Shown piece after piece: positions 1-6,830 of a stretch of DNA of 12,855 nt. Source of the DNA: Dehalococcoidia bacterium. GTDB taxonomy: Bacteria; Chloroflexota; Dehalococcoidia; Lucifugimonadales; UBA3495. A program made the translations under genes and the position numbers. The stretch's first letter is position 1. Every line of letters begins with the position of its first letter. The stretch lies in assembly GCA_030740155.1 (NCBI GenBank), contig JASLXV010000047.1, positions 1 through 12,855 on the forward strand, written 5' to 3'. The notes under the pieces are model-generated. The model made no database searches. It was not told where the DNA came from and was given only the letters and a program-made list of their open reading frames with translations.

Positions 1-152
1 CAAACTGTCCCATTTGTGCTGGTTGCCAACACCCGGCGAGAACGAAACAGGGCCACGCGCCCAAGCTTCAACTTTCGTCGGGTTTGGCAAGGCCGTTCCT
101 GAGCGCCCCTGTCTGGTGATGGCCCTCGTCGAGCCTGTTGCGCAGGGGCCCC

Positions 153-242
153 CAGAGCCCATCCGATGACCGGCCGCTATGGCTCGACACCTCAACACCA
201 ACGGGGGGAACTCCGTTCATCCTTGGCTTGTCGAAGGACCAA
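153..242. repeat. REP/MITE-like palindromic element, copy 1 (degenerate; right end not recognisable)
   Basis: CAGAGCCCATCCGATGACCGGCCGCTA (153-179) matches CAGAGCCTATCCAATAACCGGCCGCTA (8028-8054) with 3 mismatches. AACGG..TCCGTTCATCCTTGGCTTGTCGAAGGACCAA matches AACGG..TCCGTCCGCCCTGAGCTTATCGAAGGACCAA at about 8120-8161. Confidence 0.75.
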
Positions 243-363
243 GACTGGGCCGGGAAAGGTCCCGGAAACCACCCTCTCCGCCGCGAGCTTGTGGGAATAA
301 CTGGGGCAGACCCCCTGGGCATCGCGGGGTTACCGCGATTAATCCCCGAGGCCCTGGCGCCGA

Positions 364-966
364 TCACATGGGGACGGTCCAGGGGATGTAGGGCCGCCAG
401 TCTTCCAGGATCGAGCGGTTTTGCAGAATGAGGTAGGGATTCGGGTCCGGCACCCGTGGCGCTTTCACCAACCGCATGCCGGCCTCGACCGGCGTGCGGC
501 CCGCCTTGCGCAGGTTGCACGTGGAGCAGGCGGCCACCACGTTCTCCCAGGTGTGTGACCCATGCTGCCGCCGGGGTATCACGTGGTCCAGGGTCAACTC
601 ACGGTTCTTGCTTCCGCAGTACTGGCAGGTATTCCGGTCCCGGAGGAATACCTCTTTCTTGGATAGCTTGCGGGGCAGGAAGGCCCTCTTGATGAGGTAC
701 ACCAGGCGGATGATTGAGGGAACATCGAACGCGGTAGTGACGGTGAAAATCTGCCCTCGGTGGTTCTCCAGCTGCTCCGCCTTGCCCTTACCGAGCATGA
801 TGATGGCCCGCCGCACGGTGCAGATGTTGATGGGCACGTAGTTGAGGTTGAGCACCAGGACCGGGGCTCGAATCAGTCCACCGCGCCCGGCTGACGGCTC
901 CTCGCCTCCGGCGGCCGGCGCCGGCGCGTTCGTCTCGGGCTGGTTGGCCTGTACCTTATCGACCAA
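364..966 (-). CDS. HNH endonuclease (McrA/COG1403-type zinc-finger HNH) with a PLMP/RRXRR-like N-terminal region, IshB-like; start uncertain (1029, 966 or 876)
   Basis: RDRNTCQYCG..LTLDHVIPRRQHGSHTWENVVAACSTCNLRK gives CxxC, DH, N and CxxCNxxK. The N-terminal block is VLVLNLNYVPINICTVRRAIIMLGKGKAE. The TTG at 966 has GAGGT 10 nt upstream. The ORF stays open to 1029. Confidence 0.9.
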   Translation of the reverse strand: MVDKVQANQPETNAPAPAAGGEEPSAGRGGLIRAPVLVLNLNYVPINICTVRRAIIMLGKGKAEQLENHRGQIFTVTTAFDVPSIIRLVYLIKRAFLPRKLSKKEVFLRDRNTCQYCGSKNRELTLDHVIPRRQHGSHTWENVVAACSTCNLRKAGRTPVEAGMRLVKAPRVPDPNPYLILQNRSILEDWRPYIPWTVPM

Positions 967-1055
967 TGGCTCCGATACCTCGATCCGGCTGACGCGGAAT
1001 ACCTGGTCCGTCCCGGCACCACCGCCCAACGCCGAACTTCAGTGCTGCACCAAGA

Positions 1056-1189
1056 ATCACCCTCACCACGGCCCGGTCCGGAGGCTCGGGTGATCCTCAG
1101 GGGCTCGGCCCTCACCCGGCTTGTCCGCGCCTTTCCGCCGTGCTCCGGACCGCGTTTGGGATCGGGCCGGACGCCGCCGGTGGGGCAAT
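1056..1189 (-). ncRNA. Candidate structured intergenic RNA / 5' leader upstream of the HNH gene (no family recognised)
   Basis: Nested inverted repeats: perfect 10 bp CGGTCCGGAG 1074-1083 / CTCCGGACCG 1143-1152; inner CGGGTGA 1087-1093 / TCACCCG 1112-1118; outer CGGCC 1069-1073 / GGCCG 1165-1169, CACC 1064-1067 / GGTG 1179-1182, and 1056-1062 / 1183-1189 (G-U pairs on the minus strand). Confidence 0.3.
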
Positions 1190-1698
1190 CAATCGGTTAG
1201 TTCTTTGACCTTATCGTCCCAGTCGCCGGGGATCAGTTTGACGCCCCGGAGCACAACGTCGAAGTTATCCGCCATGACCGCAGCCAAGGTGGACTCGTCG
1301 ATGTCGACGTCGATTCTGTCGGTGTACTTCTGGGTCGCCGCCAATACGCCGGCGAGCAACACGAACCCGACGATGACGGCCGCCACTACCCCCGCCAGGC
1401 GGTTGGCCATCCCGGCGAGCGGGATGAAACGCATCACCATCCGGAGCCAGAAACTGGCGATGGTACCGATAATGAACAGGCCAATGAAGACCAGGATGAA
1501 GCCGCCGATCGCCTGGTGGTTCTCATTGTCGGTGAACAGAGAGAAGACGTTGCCCACGCTCTCGGCAATACGGCTGGAGATGGCCAGCCCGAAGATTACC
1601 ACCAGCAGAGGAATCACAATCCGGACCAAGCCGGCCGAAAAGCCCCAGAGGGCGGTCCCTCCCCAGACACCCAGAACCGCGAGGTCTAGCCAATTCAT
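1189..1698 (-). CDS. cvpA: CvpA family (colicin V production) membrane protein
   Basis: The start MNWLDLAVL..GFSAGLVR and the motif ANRLAGVV are typical of CvpA, with four hydrophobic segments. GGGGAG SD precedes the ATG at 1698. Confidence 0.85.
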   Translation of the reverse strand: MNWLDLAVLGVWGGTALWGFSAGLVRIVIPLLVVIFGLAISSRIAESVGNVFSLFTDNENHQAIGGFILVFIGLFIIGTIASFWLRMVMRFIPLAGMANRLAGVVAAVIVGFVLLAGVLAATQKYTDRIDVDIDESTLAAVMADNFDVVLRGVKLIPGDWDDKVKELTD

Positions 1699-1835
1699 CG
1701 CTTTCTCCCCCAACTGTAGCCGAGTTGTGGCGCTCCAAGCGAAACCGCACGTACAGCCAGCGATGGATTTGAGGCGGCCCGATCGGGCCCGCTCCCAGGG
1801 AGTTTAACACAGAAGAAGCGCGTACCGCAGGCCGG

Positions 1836-2465
1836 CTAGATGTTGGTATCCAACCGTTTCCGCAGGGCGATCAGCCCCAGCAGCGACATGCTCCCGAAGA
1901 GGTAGCCGCCAACCACATCGCTGGGCCAGTGGACCCCCAGGTAGACGCGGGAAGCCCCGATGGCCAGGATGACCAGGGCGATGCTGATTTGCAACCAGCG
2001 GCGCAGCAGCGGCGAGGCAACCAACTGCTCCGCCAGGAAGATCAAGATTCCGCCGACCAGGATCGCGTAGACGGAATGGCCGCTGGGGAAGCTCAGCCCA
2101 TGGGGCGCCGCGCCGACCAAAAGGTAATCGGGCCGGGGACGCTCAACAATCACCTTCAAGCCATTGCCGGCAACTATCGGCACCAGGCTAAGTATGACGA
2201 TCAGGGCGTCTGTCTGGTGGCGGAGAACGAAGAGAGACCCGCTAACCGCCAGTATCAAGGTAATGGAAACGGGCACCAGCCCCAAGCTCGACACGGCCAG
2301 GGCCACTTGGTCAAGCCATCCAGCCTGAAGGCCCTGCACTTCCATCAACGCACGTTCGTCGCCGGGGAAGGTGGGGTAGGCCCAGGCCAGGGGGAATAAG
2401 GCCATGGTGACCAGGAGAGCGCTCCACAGTCCGCCCGATTTCCAAGATACTCTTAAGTTCATCAA
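1836..2465 (-). CDS. PAP2 family membrane phosphatase (undecaprenyl-PP/phosphatidylglycerophosphate phosphatase-like)
   Basis: All three PAP2 motifs are present (KVIVERPRP, SFPSGH, SRVYLGVHWPSD), with multiple TM segments. Start is at 2465 or 2462. Confidence 0.92.
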   Translation of the reverse strand: MMNLRVSWKSGGLWSALLVTMALFPLAWAYPTFPGDERALMEVQGLQAGWLDQVALAVSSLGLVPVSITLILAVSGSLFVLRHQTDALIVILSLVPIVAGNGLKVIVERPRPDYLLVGAAPHGLSFPSGHSVYAILVGGILIFLAEQLVASPLLRRWLQISIALVILAIGASRVYLGVHWPSDVVGGYLFGSMSLLGLIALRKRLDTNI

Positions 2466-2577
2466 ATCCTATATCCCAATATACTTCCTCCACACGACAT
2501 ACGCCACCCGAACTACTCTAGATTCAACTGTATAATCACCGGCAACTAAAAGCAAGGTTCGCCAGGCCCCCGGTCGA

Positions 2578-2586
2578 TGCTATAAT
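2578..2586 (+). promoter_or_regulatory. Extended -10 sigma70-type promoter for cmk-plsC
   Basis: Perfect TG-C-TATAAT at 2578-2586, about 40 nt before the cmk GTG. A second TATAAT lies at 2531-2536. Confidence 0.6.
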
Positions 2587-2626
2587 GCGTTTTCAGAGTC
2601 CTGATCCGAGGAGCAGACTGTCCGGA

Positions 2627-3304
2627 GTGGTTAGCGTTATCGCCATAGATGGGCCGGTAGCCGCCGGGAAGACGGTGGTGGGCCGGGCCTTGGCTCAGAG
2701 GCTGGATTTCCGGTACCTGGACACCGGCGTGATGTATCGGGCCATAGCCTGGCTGGCCCTCCGGGATGGCCTGCCCATCGAAGATGAAATGGCCCTGGGT
2801 AAGTTGGCGGAAACCCACCCAGTCCGCCTGAAAGGCCAACAGAGCGATCAGGTGCTGGTCGGCGAGCACCAGGTGGGCGAGGAGTTGCGCGGCTCCCTGG
2901 TCAGCCAGACGGTCTCCCTGGTTGCCCGGATACCGGCGGTTCGGCGGGCCCTGGTGCAACAGCAGCGGGTGTTGGCCGAGGAAGGAGACATCGTGGTAGT
3001 CGGACGAGACATCGGCACCGTGGTCCTGCCTGACGCCGGTCTAAAGGTTTTCCTTTCGGCTTCCCCCGAGCACCGGGCCCGGCGCCGGTGGCGGGAAACC
3101 CAGGGCCAGAGCCAGGCCCCGGAGTTCCAACAGGTACTGGCGGAAACCAAGGCCAGGGACGAAATCGACTCTAGCCGGGCCGATTCTCCCCTGATGCCGG
3201 CGCTGGACGCTTTCTTGCTCGACACCGATGAGCTGAGTGTCGATCAGGTCGTGGAGCGGATTCTGAGCCGGATTCGGGAGCTGACCGCGGCCGGGGAAAG
3301 ATGA
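2627..3304 (+). CDS. cmk: (d)CMP kinase (cytidylate kinase)
   Basis: Motifs IAIDGPVAAGKT (P-loop), YLDTGVMYRA, GRDIGTVVLPDA, KVFLSAS..RARRR and RDEIDSSRADSPL. The ATG at 2585 lies inside the -10 box, so the GTG at 2627 is preferred. Confidence 0.96.
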   Translation: MVSVIAIDGPVAAGKTVVGRALAQRLDFRYLDTGVMYRAIAWLALRDGLPIEDEMALGKLAETHPVRLKGQQSDQVLVGEHQVGEELRGSLVSQTVSLVARIPAVRRALVQQQRVLAEEGDIVVVGRDIGTVVLPDAGLKVFLSASPEHRARRRWRETQGQSQAPEFQQVLAETKARDEIDSSRADSPLMPALDAFLLDTDELSVDQVVERILSRIRELTAAGER

Positions 3305-4011
3305 AACTGCTGTTCCGGCTAGGCCGTGGGTTGGCACGGTTCAGCTTCAACAAGCTGGGCCGGGTTGAGGTGATCGGGCGCGAGAACGTGCCGCCCGACG
3401 GTCCCTTGATCGTGGTGGCCAACCACCTGTCATTCAGCGACCCTCCCCTGTTGGTGTGCGGCATCGACCGGCCGGTCTACTTCATCGCCAAGCGGGAGCT
3501 GTTCTCCAACCCGGTCAGCGGGTTTCTCATGAGAGGATTCCATGTCTCTCCCTTCGACCGTTCCAGTTCTCGGGTCGAAGCGCTGCGGCTGATGCTCCGG
3601 ATGCTGGCCCAGAACCGGGTCGTGGTTGTTTTTCCCGAGGGCCACCGCAGCCCCGACCACACCATGAAAGAGGGTATGCTTGGAGTCGCCTATCTGGCGC
3701 TGAAGTCTCGGGCGACGATACTGCCCGTGGGCCTGTCCGGCACCGAGAAGATCTCCGCATGGCGAATGACGGTCCCGCTCTGCCGCATGCGCATCAACAT
3801 TGGCCGGCCCTTCACCCCTCCGGTCCTGGAAGGTGCGTCCCGCCAGGATGCGACCCAAAGCGCGCTGGACTTGATAATGAACCGAATTGCCGCCTTGCTC
3901 CCAGAGAAGTACCGGGGCGTTTACGCCACCACCGCGGACCAGGGCGCCTGGATGGCAGCCGAGGTCGCAAGCCAGGCGAGCGAAGCAGGCCACGGCACAC
4001 TTGCACCCTGA
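3301..4011 (+). CDS. plsC: 1-acyl-sn-glycerol-3-phosphate acyltransferase (lysophospholipid acyltransferase family)
   Basis: Motifs NHLSFSD (HxxxxD), FIAKREL, VFPEGHRS and ILPVG. The ATGA overlap with the cmk stop indicates translational coupling, a common cmk-plsC arrangement. Confidence 0.92.
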   Translation: MKLLFRLGRGLARFSFNKLGRVEVIGRENVPPDGPLIVVANHLSFSDPPLLVCGIDRPVYFIAKRELFSNPVSGFLMRGFHVSPFDRSSSRVEALRLMLRMLAQNRVVVVFPEGHRSPDHTMKEGMLGVAYLALKSRATILPVGLSGTEKISAWRMTVPLCRMRINIGRPFTPPVLEGASRQDATQSALDLIMNRIAALLPEKYRGVYATTADQGAWMAAEVASQASEAGHGTLAP

Positions 4012-4204
4012 ACCATGATTCCTCGTGGTGAGGAGAGCCCGGCGAGCCGGGGCCAAAGCAAAGGAGCGGCGGCGAAGAGCTTTTGGAAATACTTGATGCC
4101 CGGCCTGGAACTGGCCGGTAATCAAATGTAGAATCAGTCGAGTGGGCGGCTTCGAGCCCGAAAAGCTCACCGGCACGAAGGCAATACTGATTGGGAGAAG
4201 CACA

Positions 4205-4423
4205 ATGCAGCAAGCGTCCAAATTCGGCATCTATTTGAACTCCAAGGAAAACCAGGTGGTCCGCATCAACTCTCCTTACTGGCTACCGGAGGAGCCCGAT
4301 TGGGTCTTCCTGACACCCGAGGTCAACTCGACGCTGCTGAACATCCGGGAGCTGGCCAAGGAACAGGGACTGACCTCCGACTCCGACTCCCTCAAATGGG
4401 GCACCATCCCCCTGCGTGACTGA
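4205..4423 (+). CDS. Small hypothetical protein, 72 aa
   Basis: GGGAG SD 7 nt before the ATG at 4205, GC3-rich codons and a globular-looking sequence (FGIYLNSKENQVVRINSPYWLPEEPDWV). Confidence 0.75.
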   Translation: MQQASKFGIYLNSKENQVVRINSPYWLPEEPDWVFLTPEVNSTLLNIRELAKEQGLTSDSDSLKWGTIPLRD

Positions 4424-4518
4424 CCTCCCTGGCCGCGTTGACATCGATACCCGGAGGCCCTGCGTTGTGCACCTCCTTCGCGTGTTCCCACGCGCCTGCG
4501 TTGTTATGAGGGAATGAC

Positions 4519-5628
4519 TTGACGACTCCGTTGGAAGCCGGCCCGGTGGTTAACGCCGCGGTTCGGAAGCGGCTGGAGCGGCTGGAGGACGGGCTTTCCC
4601 CCTACGCCTGCCGCTCTACCAGGTCTCTGGGCCGGGAACGGCCGGAGCCGGCCTGCCCATTGCGTACCGAGTTCCAGCGGGACCGGGACCGTATCATTCA
4701 CACCAAGGCTTTCCGGCGTCTCAAGCACAAGACCCAGGTGTTCATCGCCCCCACCGGCGACCACTACGTGACGCGGCTCACCCACACCCTGGAGGTGGCC
4801 CAGATTGCTCGGACCATCGCCCGCGCCCTCAACCTCAACGAGGACCTGGTGGAGGCCATGGCTCAGGGCCACGACCTTGGGCACACTCCCTTCGGCCACG
4901 TGGGCGAAGCGTCTCTGGACCAGCTCTGCGAGTCGGGGTTTTCCCACAGTGCCCAGAGCCTTCGCATCGTGGAGCGGTTGGAGAAGGACGGTCGGGGGTT
5001 GAACCTGACCTGGGAGGTGCGGCAGGGCATCCTTTCCCACTCCAAGCCCCGCGGGGATTTCCTGGCGGCCGGGGTGGCGGAATCGATGACCCTGGAAGCG
5101 CAGGTGCTCCGGCTGGCCGATTCGGTGGCCTATCTGAACCACGATATCGCCGACGCCATCCGGGCCGGCGTACTGAAGGTGTCCGACCTGCCGGCGGAGG
5201 TGAACCGGACGCTGGGCACGGCCCACTCCCAGCGCATCAACTCGCTGGTGACGGATATCGTCGAAGCTTCCTGGGCCGCGTCCGGAGAGGACGGAGGGCC
5301 GCCAGGGGAGACGCCGGTCATCACCATGAGCGACCCGGTCCGGCAGGCCATGGTCCAGCTCCGGGAGTACATGTTCGAGCAGTTGTATCTGCCCCTGGGC
5401 GAGAGCGAGGAGTCGGAGGTGGCTCGGGACATGGTCCGCCTGCTGTACGGCCACTTCGTGCTGAACCCGGAGGAGGTCCCACCCCCCTACTTCGGCCAAG
5501 GAACCACCCCCCAGCAAGCCTCTGTCGACTACCTGGCCGGAATGACAGACCACTACGCCATTCGCCTGGCGGAACGGCTCCAGCCGGGCATCAGCCGGGG
5601 CGTCTTCTCCGGGGTGATCCTGGTCTAG
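4519..5628 (+). CDS. dgt: Deoxyguanosinetriphosphate triphosphohydrolase (HD-domain dNTPase)
   Basis: Motifs RTEFQRDRDRIIH, FRRLKHKTQVF, RLTHTLEV, HDLGHTPFGH, ADSVAYLNHD and DYLAGMTD. GAGGG precedes the TTG start. Confidence 0.95.
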   Translation: MTTPLEAGPVVNAAVRKRLERLEDGLSPYACRSTRSLGRERPEPACPLRTEFQRDRDRIIHTKAFRRLKHKTQVFIAPTGDHYVTRLTHTLEVAQIARTIARALNLNEDLVEAMAQGHDLGHTPFGHVGEASLDQLCESGFSHSAQSLRIVERLEKDGRGLNLTWEVRQGILSHSKPRGDFLAAGVAESMTLEAQVLRLADSVAYLNHDIADAIRAGVLKVSDLPAEVNRTLGTAHSQRINSLVTDIVEASWAASGEDGGPPGETPVITMSDPVRQAMVQLREYMFEQLYLPLGESEESEVARDMVRLLYGHFVLNPEEVPPPYFGQGTTPQQASVDYLAGMTDHYAIRLAERLQPGISRGVFSGVILV

Positions 5629-5740
5629 AGGTTCGGAACGCTCGGGGGTTCCCCTCCTCAGGACGCCGACTGCCTCTCTACCGACCCGTCAACAACCTAC
5701 CAACCGCTACATCGGCAAACCTTGCGCCGGCATAACCCTT

Positions 5741-5777
5741 CTGTCCCCCTTTCGCAAAGGGGGAGACAGGGGGATTT
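5741..5777. repeat. REP-like hairpin (CCCCCTTT-N3-AAAGGGGG..AGGGGGATTT type)
   Basis: Perfect 9 bp stem TCCCCCTTT 5744-5752 / AAAGGGGGA 5756-5764 with loop CGC, followed by CAGGGGGATTT. It lies between convergent genes. Confidence 0.6.
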
Positions 5778-5807
5778 CCCCGCTTCTCACCACCGGCCCA
5801 GGCACGC

Positions 5808-5844
5808 AAAAAAACCACCTCCCCCCAATTGAGAGGGAAGGTGG
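5808..5844 (-). terminator. Intrinsic terminator for the SDR pair
   Basis: The minus strand reads CCACCTTCCCTCTCAATTGGGGGGAGGTGG-TTTTTTT, a GC stem plus 7 U, about 44 nt after the SDR stop at 5888. Confidence 0.75.
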
Positions 5845-5887
5845 CGCGCCCCGGCTTCTCCGGGACGGTCGTCGAACTCCAGGCGGT

Positions 5888-6805
5888 TTATTGGCTGGGC
5901 GGCGGGGCCGGGGCGGGGTTGTAAAGCTCGTGGCCCAGGGTGACCGGGACCACCCGGGCCAGCTCCTCCACCGTCCACTTGCCTTCCTTGGTGATGGTCT
6001 TCACCACCTCCGGCTCGTTTTGCAGGGACACCAGCCCCTCGTTGACGTAGAAGACGCGGCCGTTCACGTGGGCCGCCTCGTCGGAGGCCAGCCACACCAC
6101 CATCGGGGCCACGTCCTCCGGTTCGCCGCGGAGAACGCCGCCGGCCTCGCTGATGCCCCGGGCCGCCCGGAGGGCCCGGGCCTCATCGGGCACGCTGGTC
6201 GTCATCCGGGTGGCGGCGCTGGGAGAGACGGCGTTGGCGGTGATCCCATACTTCCCCAGGTCCCGGGCCACTACCCTGGTGAAGCCGGCGATGCCATCCT
6301 TGGCGGCGCCATAGTTGGCCTGGCCCGAGTTGCCCCACAGGCCGGAGGTTGAGCTGAAGGTGATGATCCGCCCGGAGCGCTGCTGGCGGAACAGAATGGA
6401 AGCGTGTTTAACAATGCTGAATGTCCCCTTCAAATGGACGGCGATAACGTCGTCCCACTCCTGTTCGCCCATGTTGAAGATCATCCGGTCTCGCAGGATT
6501 CCGGCGACGGTGACCACGATATCGAGCTTCCCGTAGTTGTCGATGGCCGTCTGGACGATCTTCTCACCGCCCGACATGGTGGCGACCGACTCGGTGCAGG
6601 CGACGGCTGTCCCACCCGCCTCACGGATCGCCGCCACCACTTGCTCGGCTACCGACTGGTCCTGGCCGCTGCCGTCCACGTTCACTCCCGCGTCGGCCAC
6701 CACCACCTTGGCGCCTTGAGCTGCCATCAGCATAGCCACGCCACGGCCGATTCCCCGGCCGGAGCCGGTTACAATCGCTACTTTGTCTTTAACTAGATTT
6801 TCCAT
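5888..6805 (-). CDS. Classical SDR, NAD-type; (3R)-hydroxyacyl-CoA dehydrogenase/MFE-2-like (paralog B)
   Basis: Motifs TGSGRGIG, Asp at the end of beta2 (VVVAD), AGILRDRM, WDDVIAVHLKG, SS and GQANYGAAK (YxxxK). Confidence 0.9.
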   Translation of the reverse strand: MENLVKDKVAIVTGSGRGIGRGVAMLMAAQGAKVVVADAGVNVDGSGQDQSVAEQVVAAIREAGGTAVACTESVATMSGGEKIVQTAIDNYGKLDIVVTVAGILRDRMIFNMGEQEWDDVIAVHLKGTFSIVKHASILFRQQRSGRIITFSSTSGLWGNSGQANYGAAKDGIAGFTRVVARDLGKYGITANAVSPSAATRMTTSVPDEARALRAARGISEAGGVLRGEPEDVAPMVVWLASDEAAHVNGRVFYVNEGLVSLQNEPEVVKTITKEGKWTVEELARVVPVTLGHELYNPAPAPPPSQ

Positions 6806-6830
6806 TGAAGACCCCCTGCCGCGAACAATC

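Noticed and set aside
243..340. Partial resemblance to the c-di-GMP-I (GCGGGGTTACCG) and ZTP (GACTGG..CCTGGGCA) riboswitches
   Set aside because: The other conserved cores are missing, and the plus strand here runs into the 3' end of a convergent gene, so there is nothing to regulate.
1..363. CRISPR/TIGR-like array near the HNH gene; ORFs 68-520, 138-431 and 179-391
   Set aside because: No regularly spaced repeats were found on either side of the gene. The ORFs run through a repeat element and have no protein features.
1056..1189. Identification of the structured region as SRP RNA, 6S RNA or tRNA
   Set aside because: There is no SRP domain IV consensus (CAGG..GGAAGGAAGCAG) and no cloverleaf or T-loop. 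6S cannot be supported without a covariance search.
2585..2626. Longer cmk start at ATG 2585
   Set aside because: The ATG lies inside the extended -10 box and has no SD.
4021..4085. GGAGAG-hairpin-AAGGAGC resembling a glycine riboswitch
   Set aside because: It lacks the CCGAAG and CTCTCAGG consensus elements, and the gene context does not fit.
4504..5553. Long antisense ORFs (349 aa here; also 6918-7886, 3430-4230, 1121-1807, 8732-9478, 10603-11250)
   Set aside because: These are shadow frames of high-GC genes with no recognisable motifs.
4519..5628. dGTPase plus HNH as an anti-phage defence system
   Set aside because: The protein looks like an ordinary housekeeping-type Dgt in a cmk/plsC neighbourhood. 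It lies 3.5 kb from the HNH gene on the opposite strand, and no other defence genes are present.
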